DNA of 64,000 nt. Origin: an uncultured Pseudomonadota bacterium. GTDB taxonomy: Bacteria; Oederibacteriota; Muellerivitia; Muellerivitales; Muellerivitaceae. The notes under the pieces are model-generated. The model worked only from the letters and a program-made list of their open reading frames with translations. It did no database searches and was not told where the DNA came from. Positions 20,944 through 31,310 of this stretch are shown in pieces (the first letter of the stretch is position 1; each line of letters begins with the position of its first letter). The position numbers and the translations under genes were made by a program. The stretch is taken from the NCBI GenBank assembly GCA_963843375.1, contig CAWJKT010000014.1, forward strand, positions 178,416 through 242,415, written 5' to 3'.

Positions 20944-22230
20944 ATGAAATGGATTTCCCGTCTGGCTTGCCTAAGCCTGATTCTCGTTTTCAACTTCGCT
21001 TGCGTCTTTAAAAAGGAAAATAAACCCATCCGCGTTTCGGTTTTCACGGTCGATCCGCTCCTGGTCAAGATTCTCACCGATACCATCACCGGAATTGAAA
21101 GCCGCCATCCGGGCCTTGAAATCAAAGTCGAAAACATTCCTTATAACGACTACCAGGGCAAGATCACGGTGGAACTGGCGGCCAATGACGCGCCGGATAT
21201 TATCAGCGTGGAGGCCAGCCGTTTTTCCGACATGTACTTGCGGGGCGCCTTTGAGGACCTGACTCCTTATTTTGATAAGGACCATATGGACCGCCAGGCC
21301 TATTATCCGACCTCCCTCGCCCGCTTCAGCCCTAAGGGCGAAATTTACGCCATCCCCTCCGATATCGCCCCCGTGGGCCTCCTTTATTACAACAAGAAGG
21401 TTTTCGATGAGGCGAAAGTGCCTTACCCCACAAACGACCTTACCTGGCCCGAGCCTTTTCTTTCAATGTGCCAGAAGTTGGTCAAGCGGGACGCCTCTGG
21501 TAAGATTATTCGGTGGGCTTATATCGACCCATATGGCACCAACGCAGATACTTTTCTTCTCAGCGATGGCGGCTATTTCATGGACAGCGAAACCAACCCC
21601 ACCCGCCTGGCCCTGGACAGCCCACAAGCTCTGGAAGCTTTTGGTTTCCGCTGCGACATGATCTACAAATACCATGTTTCACCCACTCCCAGCGAACTCC
21701 AGAGTTTCAGCAATGACAACCAGGCGGAAGACTTTTTCATGAATGGCCAGGCCGCCATGATGAATTCCGGGGTCTGGCACACTCCGCACTTCCTCGAAAA
21801 AGGGCTGGATTTCGACGTCGTGGAATTCCCCAAGGGCCCCCGCGGCACCCGGGGTTGGGGTACAGGCGGCTCGGCCTATGCCATCTGGAAGGGCTGTAAG
21901 AACAAAGAACTTGCCTGGGAAGTCGTGAAGGAAATCACGAGCGAGGCACTCTCGATACAATTGGCCAAAACCGGAATGATCCAGCCCGCCTTGGTGAAGG
22001 TCGCCAATTCGGACGCATTCCTGAAGAGCCCCGGTCCCAAGAACAAAAAAATCCTTTTGGACATGCCACAATATTCCCACTACTCGCCCTTTATCAAAAA
22101 CTGGGAAGAGGTCTGGTTCGGCCAGGTGGGGCCGGCCATGGACAAGTGCTGGTCCGGAGAGGCAAAACCCGCCGATGTCCTTCCCAAGCTCAACGCGGAT
22201 ATTAATTCGAAATACTTCTCCGGAAAATGA
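20944..22230 (+). CDS. Sugar ABC transporter extracellular solute-binding lipoprotein (family 1)
   Basis: GAGGAGG RBS; lipobox NFAC; APDII, LYYNKKVFDEAKVPYP and FDVVEFPKGP motifs. Paralog of 47764..49065. Confidence 0.88.
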   Translation: MKWISRLACLSLILVFNFACVFKKENKPIRVSVFTVDPLLVKILTDTITGIESRHPGLEIKVENIPYNDYQGKITVELAANDAPDIISVEASRFSDMYLRGAFEDLTPYFDKDHMDRQAYYPTSLARFSPKGEIYAIPSDIAPVGLLYYNKKVFDEAKVPYPTNDLTWPEPFLSMCQKLVKRDASGKIIRWAYIDPYGTNADTFLLSDGGYFMDSETNPTRLALDSPQALEAFGFRCDMIYKYHVSPTPSELQSFSNDNQAEDFFMNGQAAMMNSGVWHTPHFLEKGLDFDVVEFPKGPRGTRGWGTGGSAYAIWKGCKNKELAWEVVKEITSEALSIQLAKTGMIQPALVKVANSDAFLKSPGPKNKKILLDMPQYSHYSPFIKNWEEVWFGQVGPAMDKCWSGEAKPADVLPKLNADINSKYFSGK

Positions 22231-22262
22231 AAATTGAGGTTCAATACTCCTAAGGTGTTTTC

Positions 22263-22661
22263 GTGTTTAAATTTTTTCTCTTTTTCCTAGCAATTCTGGT
22301 CGCTGCGCCTCTATTGGCGGGGCAGGGGGTGATCAGACCTCTCCAAAAGCGGATCAAGAAAGATCGCAAAGACATTCTTTTCTACATTTCCGAAATCAAG
22401 GATCTGCAGGCAAAGCTGAAAAAGGACAAGTCCAAGGCCCTCAAATATTCAGCAGAAGGGACCGCTGAACCTGCCGCCGAAACGAGCCCCGCGTCGGTCG
22501 AGGGTCAGCCAACCCCGGTTCCCGTCCAAGCGGATAAATGGGCCGCCCGGGTGGGCATCGATGAGGATAAAATCCAAAATGACCGGGCTTTAATGGAAAA
22601 GGCCCAGAAGGATCTGGGGCAAGCCAACGCCCAGCTAAGCGCGATCCTCCCAAAACAATAA
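22263..22661 (+). CDS. Hypothetical secreted coiled-coil protein
   Basis: Signal peptide followed by two helical segments around a Pro/Ala-rich linker. Confidence 0.65.
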   Translation: MFKFFLFFLAILVAAPLLAGQGVIRPLQKRIKKDRKDILFYISEIKDLQAKLKKDKSKALKYSAEGTAEPAAETSPASVEGQPTPVPVQADKWAARVGIDEDKIQNDRALMEKAQKDLGQANAQLSAILPKQ

Positions 22662-22678
22662 AAAATCCCGCAAAATCA

Positions 22679-22804
22679 ATTTGAGTCACAGAAGGCACCA
22701 AAAACGACGAAAATCAAAAGTCAGAGTCTATTGAGGTTTTAATGAGATGACAAATCCATAAAATCATTTTTACCAAATCCCTTTTGTGCCTTCGTGGCTC
22801 AAAT
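22679..22804. repeat. Imperfect inverted repeat (REP/MITE-like)
   Basis: ATTTGAGTCACAGAAGGCACCAAAA (22679-22703) versus TTTTGTGCCTTCGTGGCTCAAAT (22782-22804; reverse complement ATTTGAGCCACGAAGGCACAAAA). Confidence 0.6.
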
Positions 22805-22948
22805 GGGATTTGGTTTTTTATATCGAAACACCTTGAAACTTCACTTCAATTCGTTTCAGCCCTGCTTTTCGCTTTTTCGGATTTGAAAAGCCAATCCATC
22901 CTGATTTCGTTAAGATAGGCCTCCCAAATTACAGCTTAAGGAGATTTC

Positions 22949-25519
22949 ATGCGCCGAACTTTTATTCTTGCCGCTCTCATCCTTGTTCCGGCCCTCACCT
23001 GGGCCGATGATGCCGTTACTTTTTTCTCCCACGGCTGGGCCGACGCTTCCGGTAAGGATGGCAAGGGAGGGGTGAGCATCGTCGTGCAGGACGGCAAAAC
23101 CAATTTCCTCGTGCGGCCTGATTTTTCCAAGGACAAGATTGATCCCAATACCAACGCCGACCACCCCGATTGGATCGTTTATGACAGCGATAGCAACAAC
23201 GGCCAGTGTCTCTCCTTCGAGTTCACCTGCATCACCTCGGCCAACGACAAGTTTTACGGCAAGCGCTGGGCAGGCGGCGGGGTGGCCTTCGACAATTCCT
23301 GGGCCCTCCACGACTTTTCCAAAGCCAAATTCCTGGTTTTTTCCGCCAAGACCAACGCGCCGGGAGTGGACTTTAACATCGCCCTTACCGGGGCCACTGA
23401 CGGCGTGCAAACGGGCAACGTCAAGATCAGCGACTACGCCGAAGGCAAAAAGATCGGCGACACCTGGACCAAGGTCGTTATTCCCCTTGCCGCTTTCCCC
23501 AGCATCGACAAGGTGGATCTGACCCAACTGAAAACCCTGCGCTTTGACCTGCAGGGTGAATATCCGGAAAATATCCCGGTCCATGTTTATTTCGACAAGA
23601 TGTATTTCACCGACAGCGCGATGGTGACTCCGGTTGAAAACCTGGGCTGGTTGAAAGTGCCCGGAGGTGTGCAAGTGATGTGGGACAAAGCCAACGACGA
23701 CGGCATTTTGCGCTACGACGTGTCGGTGGACGGCAAAGTGGTAGGGGCGGTGACGGGGGCGGCCAAACGGCAGGTCAAGCTTCTTAATGGCGTCTTTAAG
23801 GACACTGGTTCTCATATTGTGGGAATCGCCGCCGACAACGGCACCAAAGCTTCTGCGGTTGAGGCGGTCACCCTCAGCGTGGCGCCTTCTTCGGCGGTGG
23901 CAGCCACGGTTTCCCTGGCAGCGGCCCCCAGTCACGCCATCTCTCCCTATCTCTGGGGCTTCAATTACTTGGACAGCGAAACCCTCAAGAATGCGGGCGG
24001 CACCGTCAACCGCTGGGGCGGCAACGCCACCACCAATTACAATTGGAAGGAAGATGCCGACAACAAGGGGGCCGATTGGTATTACCTCAATACCGCCGCC
24101 ACTTTCGCCACCGAAAAGGACAAACGCTATGCCAAGGCCATCACGGACGCTTTCAGCGCCGGGTCGCAAATGATCATTACCATCCCCAACATCCCCTGGG
24201 TGGCTAAGGCGCCTCCTCCCGGCGGCAAGGAACTGTCGTCCTTCCCGACATCGCTTTATCCCGGCCAAACCGGCAACGACGGCCAGGGCTCGGGCAACGG
24301 CCTATTGCCGGGAGGTAAGAAGATTTGGGGAAACGACCCCAACGCCAATTACGTCGCCAATTCCCCCGCGTTCGAGGAGGAATGGGTGAAGACCATCGTT
24401 CAAAACTATGGCCCTTCCACCCAGGGCGGGGTGAAGTTTTACCAAATGGACAACGAACCTGGTTTGTGGAATGAGAACCACCGGGACGTGTGCCCCAAGG
24501 GAATCGGCTACGACGACCTTGTGGAATTGAATTCCAAATACGCCGCCGCCGTCAAGGCGGAGGATCCCAACGCCCAAGTAATCGGCTTTACCGCCTGGGG
24601 CGTCATGGAACTCGCCGGGTCGGATTGGGATTACATGCCGGGCGGCGTGCAAGGCTACCAAAGTAAGGACGGAGCCGGGGAAAAGTGGACGGATCGAAAG
24701 GCCCATGGCGGTATCACCCAACTCGAGTATTACTTGCGGGAAATGAACAAGCGTTCCCAACTGGCCGGCAAACGACTGATCGATTACGTGGACGATCACG
24801 GGTTTCCCGAGGTCTGGGGCACCAATTCCAAGGGGGAAAAGGTCAATGTCCTCGGGCAGGACAGCGATTATGATCCGGTCATTACTCCCCAGCAATTCGA
24901 GGCCATGCGCATCTTTTGGGACCCCACTTTCACCAGCCCCGACAGCTGGTGCGCCAACACCGCTAACAAGCCCTATTTGTGGGACCCTTGGGTGGGGTTG
25001 ATCCCCAAACTTAAAAAAATCATCCAGGACAATTACCCCGGCACGAAGCTTTCCATGACCGAATATTATCCGACGGATAAAAACTACTTCACCGGCGCTC
25101 TCTTGGAGGCGGTGAATCTGGGAATTTTTATGCGGGAAGGGATGGACATGGCCTGCGACTGGGATGGAACTCATCCCGGCAACTACGTTTTCTGGGGCCA
25201 CAAGCTCTTCAGCAACTACGACAACCGGGGGAGCAAGATTAGCGGCAACTATCTGGCCGCCACCAGTTCCTCCCCGGATCTCTATTCCTTCGGGGCTAAC
25301 GACGGTCGGAAGACTTTCGTTGTGCTGGTCAACAAGAACCACGACACGGGCCAGGACACCACCATCACACTGCCCGTGGCCGTCACCCGCTACGAGACCT
25401 ACACCCTGGCTCAAACCTCGGGGAAGCGCCTTTACGATTCGGGCCCCCTGGCCGCCACCGGGACGGGCTTGACCCTGCAAGTCCCAGCTTTCTCAGCGAT
25501 TTTATTGGTGGCGGAGTAA
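22949..25519 (+). CDS. Secreted GH44 endoglucanase/xyloglucanase with N-terminal CBM-like and FnIII-like modules
   Basis: AAGGAG RBS and signal peptide. ISPYLWGFN, RWGGNATTNYNW, YQMDNEPGLW..HRDV (acid/base) and YPGTKLSMTEY (nucleophile) match GH44. N-terminal module contains DFSKAKFLVFSAK...VYFDKMYF. Confidence 0.85.
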   Translation: MRRTFILAALILVPALTWADDAVTFFSHGWADASGKDGKGGVSIVVQDGKTNFLVRPDFSKDKIDPNTNADHPDWIVYDSDSNNGQCLSFEFTCITSANDKFYGKRWAGGGVAFDNSWALHDFSKAKFLVFSAKTNAPGVDFNIALTGATDGVQTGNVKISDYAEGKKIGDTWTKVVIPLAAFPSIDKVDLTQLKTLRFDLQGEYPENIPVHVYFDKMYFTDSAMVTPVENLGWLKVPGGVQVMWDKANDDGILRYDVSVDGKVVGAVTGAAKRQVKLLNGVFKDTGSHIVGIAADNGTKASAVEAVTLSVAPSSAVAATVSLAAAPSHAISPYLWGFNYLDSETLKNAGGTVNRWGGNATTNYNWKEDADNKGADWYYLNTAATFATEKDKRYAKAITDAFSAGSQMIITIPNIPWVAKAPPPGGKELSSFPTSLYPGQTGNDGQGSGNGLLPGGKKIWGNDPNANYVANSPAFEEEWVKTIVQNYGPSTQGGVKFYQMDNEPGLWNENHRDVCPKGIGYDDLVELNSKYAAAVKAEDPNAQVIGFTAWGVMELAGSDWDYMPGGVQGYQSKDGAGEKWTDRKAHGGITQLEYYLREMNKRSQLAGKRLIDYVDDHGFPEVWGTNSKGEKVNVLGQDSDYDPVITPQQFEAMRIFWDPTFTSPDSWCANTANKPYLWDPWVGLIPKLKKIIQDNYPGTKLSMTEYYPTDKNYFTGALLEAVNLGIFMREGMDMACDWDGTHPGNYVFWGHKLFSNYDNRGSKISGNYLAATSSSPDLYSFGANDGRKTFVVLVNKNHDTGQDTTITLPVAVTRYETYTLAQTSGKRLYDSGPLAATGTGLTLQVPAFSAILLVAE

Positions 25520-25531
25520 GCCTTTAGTCGT

Positions 25532-25567
25532 AAAAGCCCGGTTCCTTCAAGGGGACCGGGCTTTTTT
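25532..25567 (+). terminator. Rho-independent terminator
   Basis: AAAAGCCCGGTTCC-ttcaag-GGGACCGGGCTTTTTT directly after the GH44 gene. Confidence 0.85.
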
Positions 25568-25663
25568 ATTTAATTAGGGGTTTTGGACCTCCAAGGCCCG
25601 AAATAAATATTGGAAAATTTGTTATAATAGGGCCGTTTCAATTTCACGTGCTCAGCGGAAAAC

Positions 25664-25867
25664 ATGGAAAAGCCATATCGTTTAGGGATGAAAATTGAAA
25701 AAGCGAGTTCCAAAAGCCATTTGAGAATGGAAGAACCTATTCCCACCCTGGAGGCTTTGGAAATGATGTGGCCGTTGGCCCTGGATACTTGGGCCTTCTT
25801 GAAGGAGCCTCTTGCTGAATCCAGACTACAAAGACATGTTGTCCTCCTTGTGCGAGGAAAAGGTTGA
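25664..25867 (+). CDS. Small hypothetical protein overlapping the nucleotidyltransferase gene
   Basis: 67-aa ORF ending ESRLQRHVVLLVRGKG, overlapping the next start as in two-gene modules. Confidence 0.5.
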   Translation: MEKPYRLGMKIEKASSKSHLRMEEPIPTLEALEMMWPLALDTWAFLKEPLAESRLQRHVVLLVRGKG

Positions 25868-26277
25868 ATTCTTAATCGTCGGGGCCTACGGCATGGCGGT
25901 TTACGGTTTGCCTAGGGCCGCAGGCGATATTAATCTTTTCGTGGGACTCGCGCTCGTCAATTCCAAAAAAGTTTTTCAAGCCTTCAAACGTTTCGGAACG
26001 CCCCTTTCCGATTTTCAACCCGATACTTTTACCCAACCGGGGTTAATTTTCAAATCGGTATCCCCCCCGGCGAATCGATTTGTTGACGACTATCGACGGT
26101 GTTTCGTTTGAGTAGACTTGGGCCCATCGTTTTGCCACCCAGGTTGAGGGGATAGAGCTGCAGGTGATTTCCATGGATGATTTAATTCACAACAAGGCTG
26201 CGGTAGGCCGGCCCAAGGACATGGTGGACTTAGAGTGGATTAAAGAACAACGGAGAAAAAATGATGAGAAAAAATAA
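25812..26277 (+). pseudogene. Degenerate nucleotidyltransferase-fold gene
   Basis: FLIVGAYGMAVYGLPRAAGDIN (the expected DxD reads DIN). Frameshifts at about 26047-26070. The continuation RIDLLTTIDGVSFE*TW...NKAAVGRPKDMVDLE contains an in-frame TAG and ends at TAA 26277. Confidence 0.7.
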
Positions 26278-26307
26278 AAAGGTTTTGCTTCTGGAAGGCA
26301 TAGCATT

Positions 26308-27417
26308 ATGAAAAAACCTCGTTCTCGGAAGCCGAAAAAGAAAAAGGCTTTAAAAGAAAAGAGCGTTGATAAGTCCGTTTTGAAGCAAGAATTGATGATG
26401 TTCAATCGCATCATCGACGGCATGAGGAACGAACTCTCCTACATTGATCTGCTCAAACTCACCGTGACCTGTGTTTGCAAAGGGCTGGGATATGATCGGG
26501 CTGGGATTTTCCTGGTAGAGCCCGACGGCAAGTCCATTTCCCGGGCCATTGGGGTGGATTCTCGGGGAAAGTTCGAGTTGGGGACTAGCTACAAGGACCC
26601 CATTTTGGACAAAAAAGGTTTTAGCATCTTCTCTGACCTGGTTTTCGGCTACAAAAAATCTTTTTATACCAGCAATCTGCTGGAGCGTTTCCCCGAACTC
26701 GTGGGCAAGGTGGATAAGGGGGTTACCTGTAACGCCAACGTACCCATCCTTGTGGGGAAAAAGAGGATCATCGGGGTTCTGGCCGTGGACAATCTTTTCA
26801 CTAGGCGGGAATTGACCAGTCAGGACATCAACTCGCTCACCAATTTCGCCGTCCAGGCGGGGATGGCCATCGAGACCATCCGCCTGCACGAGCAGGTCCG
26901 TCAGCTTTCGGTCACCGACGGCCTGACCCAAATTTTCAACCGCCGTTATTTCGAGAAATTTCTCGCGGACGAGGTGGAACGGAGCCGCCGTTACAAGCAC
27001 CCTTGCGGCGTGCTTTACATGGACTTGGACCACTTCAAAGAAGTAAATGACAAGTTCGGCCATCCCGTCGGGGATGAACTCTTGAAAAACGTTGCCCAAA
27101 TTTTAAGAAAAACCCTCCGTAATATCGACGTGGTAGCGCGGCTGGGGGGCGACGAGTTTGGCGTAATCCTCCCGGAAACTCCCGCCCAGGATGTGATCCT
27201 TGTGGCTGAACGCCTTCTGAACATGATCGAAAAGGCCCGGGCGCCCCTTAAAGAACTAGAGGCTTGCCTGCACCCGGTGACTTTCAGCATCGGGGTAGCC
27301 ACTTTCCCGGACAGCGCTGATAAACCCAATGACTTGGTGCGCATGGCCGATAAGAGCCTTTACGAGGCTAAGAATGCCGGCCGAAATCAAGTGGGTTCCT
27401 TTCCCCGGAAGGGATAA
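26308..27417 (+). CDS. GAF-GGDEF diguanylate cyclase
   Basis: N-terminal GAF domain (IGVLAVDN); TDGLTQIFNRR, DLDHFKEVND.FGH, RNID I-site and an intact GGDEF. Confidence 0.93.
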   Translation: MKKPRSRKPKKKKALKEKSVDKSVLKQELMMFNRIIDGMRNELSYIDLLKLTVTCVCKGLGYDRAGIFLVEPDGKSISRAIGVDSRGKFELGTSYKDPILDKKGFSIFSDLVFGYKKSFYTSNLLERFPELVGKVDKGVTCNANVPILVGKKRIIGVLAVDNLFTRRELTSQDINSLTNFAVQAGMAIETIRLHEQVRQLSVTDGLTQIFNRRYFEKFLADEVERSRRYKHPCGVLYMDLDHFKEVNDKFGHPVGDELLKNVAQILRKTLRNIDVVARLGGDEFGVILPETPAQDVILVAERLLNMIEKARAPLKELEACLHPVTFSIGVATFPDSADKPNDLVRMADKSLYEAKNAGRNQVGSFPRKG

Positions 27418-27667
27418 ACCGGAAGTCGAACGGAATGATTTTCTGCTCCTCCAAAAGGCTATGTTTGAAAGGGGTGCGAAAAACCCCTTCCGGTTTTTGG
27501 GGAAATGGCCGGAAATAACCGGATTCTCCTTTTATTACCTAAAATCCAACCTTTGAAGGGCTATTGATTCGTCAAAAGCCCAGGGTTTAAATATCAAACT
27601 ATCCATTATCTATGGTTTACCAAGCCGAAGGCTGGCTGCGGTTTTAATTTTCTTTGGAGGCGATGCC

Positions 27668-28918
27668 ATGAAGTTATGGTTTTTGGGGATTTTTTCGATT
27701 TTGGTTGGAGCTTCCTTTTTAGTCATTGGCTGTCCGGGTACAAATACCACCACCTCCCCGACCACCGGGCCGCGCGGAGGGGGTGAAACGAATACGAACA
27801 CTCCGACCATCACATTCACTCCCACTATAACGGGAACTCCCACCAATACGGCCACGGTCACCGTGTCCCGTACTCCAACTAACACTGCCACCGTTACGGC
27901 TACATTTACCATCACCCAAACTCCCACCGTGACCGCAACAGCGACCATCACCTCCACCCCCACCCTCACCGGTACTCCGACCAACTCGGCTACGACCACG
28001 CCGACCGCCACGATTACGGGTACGCCGACCATGACCGCCACCCCCACTATTACCTTCACCCCTTTCCCGACTTTGGTGCCGCCGGCTTTTGCGGGGAGCT
28101 TTAACACCGCCTTTGGACCGAACGGCCTGGCGATCGCCGCAGGGACCACCTATGTGGCCGAAGCGGATGAAAACGGGGACGAGGTGGAGATGTTTTCCAC
28201 CGGTTCGCCTGGGGCATGGACGAAATACGGTACTCTCGCATTCCAGTATCCGATCGGGGTCGCCACGAATAGCGCGGGAACGACCATTTATGTTTTAGAC
28301 AACGGCGACGGAACGGGTGACGGGTCGGCTGCGGTTTACGCTTTCACCAGCGCGGGGGCTACCATCGCTTCCTGGACCACTTATGGAAGCGCGACATTCA
28401 ATGATCCCTTCGCTATCACCGTGGACGCGCTGGGTAATGTTTATGTTGCCGATACCGACAATAATCAAGTGGAGGAATTTGGGCCTACCGGCAGCCCGAG
28501 CGCCATCTGGACTAAATATAATGGCACAAGCTTCAACGGGCCGTCCGCCTTGGCCTTTGACGGCATCGGGAATCTATATGTCGGGGATTTGGGTAACGCG
28601 GTGGTGGATGAATATTCCGGCAGCACTGCGAGCGGCCCGACACAGACCGGCCTTAACCAATGGAATATGGTCCCCAATTGCTATATCGACGGTTTGGCAG
28701 TGGATGGAAGCGGGAATGTTTATGTGGCCGACTATGGCGAAACGGGTTCTTATTCCGCGGATTTCGGGAACAGCCTCATGGAGGAATACGCCCCCAATGG
28801 CGGTTCCTTATTGACCTCCTGGACCTATGGCGCGGATTTCGGGCCGGATGGCATTGTCTTAGCGGGCGCAGGTATTTTTGTGGCCGATTATAACAATGAC
28901 GTCATCGACCAATTTTAA
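27668..28918 (+). CDS. Lipoprotein with Thr/Pro stalk and NHL-repeat beta-propeller
   Basis: GGAGG RBS; lipobox VIGC; ~110-aa T/P linker; repeated P..IAVD..GNVYVAD..N units. Confidence 0.85.
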   Translation: MKLWFLGIFSILVGASFLVIGCPGTNTTTSPTTGPRGGGETNTNTPTITFTPTITGTPTNTATVTVSRTPTNTATVTATFTITQTPTVTATATITSTPTLTGTPTNSATTTPTATITGTPTMTATPTITFTPFPTLVPPAFAGSFNTAFGPNGLAIAAGTTYVAEADENGDEVEMFSTGSPGAWTKYGTLAFQYPIGVATNSAGTTIYVLDNGDGTGDGSAAVYAFTSAGATIASWTTYGSATFNDPFAITVDALGNVYVADTDNNQVEEFGPTGSPSAIWTKYNGTSFNGPSALAFDGIGNLYVGDLGNAVVDEYSGSTASGPTQTGLNQWNMVPNCYIDGLAVDGSGNVYVADYGETGSYSADFGNSLMEEYAPNGGSLLTSWTYGADFGPDGIVLAGAGIFVADYNNDVIDQF

Positions 28919-28964
28919 TTAGGGACAACTAACCAAAAATCTTATTTGAAAAATATTTTTATGA

Positions 28965-29729
28965 TTAATGAATGGAAAAAAAGCTGCGGCTGAGGAAGCC
29001 GGCGATGACGAGCAGGATGATGGCGGTGATTCCCACAATCAGGAGGGGGATCAACAAAAGGATGATCAGAACGAATGATCTTAATGCCGATATCTGATGG
29101 GCTTCCGAAACATTGACGATGAGCAAAACCAGGGTCCACAAATTAAGAACAATTGAAATGGAGCGGAGCAAGTCCTGCCATAAAGCTTGAGGGCCGGCGA
29201 CGAGGGACAACAGATCGGTATCTCCCCCGATCAAATTCTGCCAGACTGGTATTTGGCTCACTTGCAGTAGAACGATGGCGACGCAGGCGGGGGGATAGCA
29301 CCAGGCATATGCGGTTTGGATGTCCTTGAAGCTCCCTTTCCCCCCAAAAATCCCCCCTAAAAATGATCCCACCCCGGCGAAATATAAACAGACTAGGCTG
29401 TCCAAGGCGATCGAGATGAGGATTCCGATAAAAACCAAAATATCCAGAGTTAAATAGCTGGTGAAAGGGGCGTAAAACACAGGCAATAAAGCCTGGAAGA
29501 CGGCGAATAGGATCACGAGAAACCAAACCTGGTAACCCGTCTGAATGTCGAGAATTTTCCGGATGACTTCTCTGGGGTGAGTCCATATTTTGAAATACAT
29601 CACGATAAAAGTGGGAAAACTTCTGTCCACAAAATCCTCCCTGGTTTCCTTGTTCCGAATCCCGCTTAGCCATTCCCGAATTTTACCAAAACTATACCGA
29701 GATAAGATTCTCTTTGTTGCCGGATTCAA
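28965..29729 (-). CDS. Yip1-like multi-pass membrane protein
   Basis: IWTHPREVIR, FGGKGSFKDI.TAYAW and VSEAHQIS motifs; about five hydrophobic segments. Confidence 0.75.
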   Translation of the reverse strand: MNPATKRILSRYSFGKIREWLSGIRNKETREDFVDRSFPTFIVMYFKIWTHPREVIRKILDIQTGYQVWFLVILFAVFQALLPVFYAPFTSYLTLDILVFIGILISIALDSLVCLYFAGVGSFLGGIFGGKGSFKDIQTAYAWCYPPACVAIVLLQVSQIPVWQNLIGGDTDLLSLVAGPQALWQDLLRSISIVLNLWTLVLLIVNVSEAHQISALRSFVLIILLLIPLLIVGITAIILLVIAGFLSRSFFSIH

Positions 29730-29767
29730 ATAGACTTAATCCAATTTCAGCCGGCCAAAGTGGTGAG

Positions 29768-30832
29768 ATGTCCTTTAAAAAAAATTTACCCTTCTTGATT
29801 CTCTTCGGTGCGCTGTTGTTTTGGACTTGGTCTTGCGGCAGCAAAAACAATCCTGCCTCTTCACCAGCGCCCGTTACCATCTACTATATACCGGGTACGG
29901 CTACTTTTACTCCCACTTTGACTCCGGGTTCTCCCACTATCACCCCGACGCGGGGGCATCCCCTTTCCACGGGTACGCCCACCCCAACTCCCACAGGTTC
30001 CGCCACGCCGACGATCACCTTTACGCCACTGGCCGGGGCAACAGCGGCTGCCACCCTATTTACGGGGGACTTCAAGTGCCCGTGGGGTGTGGCCTTCGGG
30101 ACGGAAGGATCAGGAGTGAGCTTCATCGCCGTAAGCGATACTTGTTCAACCCCCAATGACGTCCAGGTGTTCCGCATAGGCAGTAGCGGCACGACCTACC
30201 TTTACAGCATTCCCGCAACTACCCCCCAAGGATTAGCTATCGATTCTTACGGCGAACTTTATATCGCCGAGTATGAAGAAGTTGAGGGTTATTACCTGAA
30301 TCCGGGGGCGGCCACTACATATACTTATGATTACACTTGGAGCGGCCAAGGCCAGGTGAATGATCCGGTAGGAATCAAAATCGACGCCAATGGAAACCTA
30401 GTCGTCTCGGACAACACCTCGGGAATTATTTATAATCTCTCGTGGAACGACGATTCCATCCTGAACCAAACCACCGGCGGACCCGCCATTTACCCGAACG
30501 ACCTGGCCCTGGACTCGAACGGAAACATTTATACGGCGGCTGGCAACGAAGTAGTCGAATACGATAATAACTATGGATATTTCAATTCTTTCAGCGGGTC
30601 CGGCTGGACGACGTCTTTGTCTTACGCGATTAGCGTCGGGGTGGATTCAAAGGGCAATCTTTATATTTCCGACAACAACAATTCCAAAGTCGATTATGCC
30701 ACGGCATCCGGGGCCTATTTGGGCGGCATTACCGGTTTAGGTTCTCCCGCCTTTTTGGCTCTTGGTAACGCCAATGCTTTGTTTGTCGCCGATAATGGAA
30801 ATAAGGTTGTGTACGAGTACCATGGATTCTAA
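29768..30832 (+). CDS. Lipoprotein with Thr/Pro linker and NHL-repeat beta-propeller
   Basis: Lipobox TWSC; T/P linker; PQGLAIDS, PVGIKIDANGNLVVSD and PNDLALDSNGNIY repeats. Confidence 0.85.
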   Translation: MSFKKNLPFLILFGALLFWTWSCGSKNNPASSPAPVTIYYIPGTATFTPTLTPGSPTITPTRGHPLSTGTPTPTPTGSATPTITFTPLAGATAAATLFTGDFKCPWGVAFGTEGSGVSFIAVSDTCSTPNDVQVFRIGSSGTTYLYSIPATTPQGLAIDSYGELYIAEYEEVEGYYLNPGAATTYTYDYTWSGQGQVNDPVGIKIDANGNLVVSDNTSGIIYNLSWNDDSILNQTTGGPAIYPNDLALDSNGNIYTAAGNEVVEYDNNYGYFNSFSGSGWTTSLSYAISVGVDSKGNLYISDNNNSKVDYATASGAYLGGITGLGSPAFLALGNANALFVADNGNKVVYEYHGF

Positions 30833-30853
30833 GGTGGGGGAGGGAACTGTTCG

Positions 30854-31069
30854 ATGGGAAGTTTGAGTCTGAAAGGTCATTTTAAGAAGGAACCGGTTTC
30901 CTTCATGTTGATCTTGTTTTTCCTGGCGGTTTTCTCCGCTTGGGCTCTGCCCAGCGAACGAAAACACACTCGGCCTCCCTATTCCGGTCCTCGAAAGACA
31001 GTAAAAAAGAGAAGCCATTTGCCACCTCGTCCTCCCGTAAAGAATGGGAACTCATCGGTGCCCCGCTAG
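30854..31069 (+). CDS. Small hypothetical basic protein with a hydrophobic segment
   Basis: 71-aa ORF after a purine-rich RBS; signal-like FMLILFFLAVFSAWA. Confidence 0.4.
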   Translation: MGSLSLKGHFKKEPVSFMLILFFLAVFSAWALPSERKHTRPPYSGPRKTVKKRSHLPPRPPVKNGNSSVPR

Positions 31070-31310
31070 AAGCCCGGCTCATTGTTCTTCTTTATCTTCA
31101 TGCTTTTTGTCCCTGCGGTGACTCGAGAACTTATTTTCGTTTAACCAAAAAACGTTTCGAACTGATTTTTAATTAGGTGTAATCGTAAGTCCCGAAATAA
31201 TCATTTTTTTATTAGGTGGCTCCCGCAAAAAATAAAATAATAATCCCACAATACCTTTGACGCTCTTCCCATTTCTTCCTCACCGCAAGGATTCATATCT
31301 GGAGGGAAAA

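Noticed and set aside
22910..25480. Long minus-strand ORFs of 452 and 392 aa
   Set aside because: They lie antisense to the GH44 gene, show no recognisable motifs and are expected from GC-biased codon usage.
27420..27660. Possible riboswitch (for example c-di-GMP) upstream of the NHL lipoprotein
   Set aside because: Only a short AAGGGGT/ACCCCTT hairpin is visible and I could not match a riboswitch consensus; an Rfam/Infernal scan would settle it.
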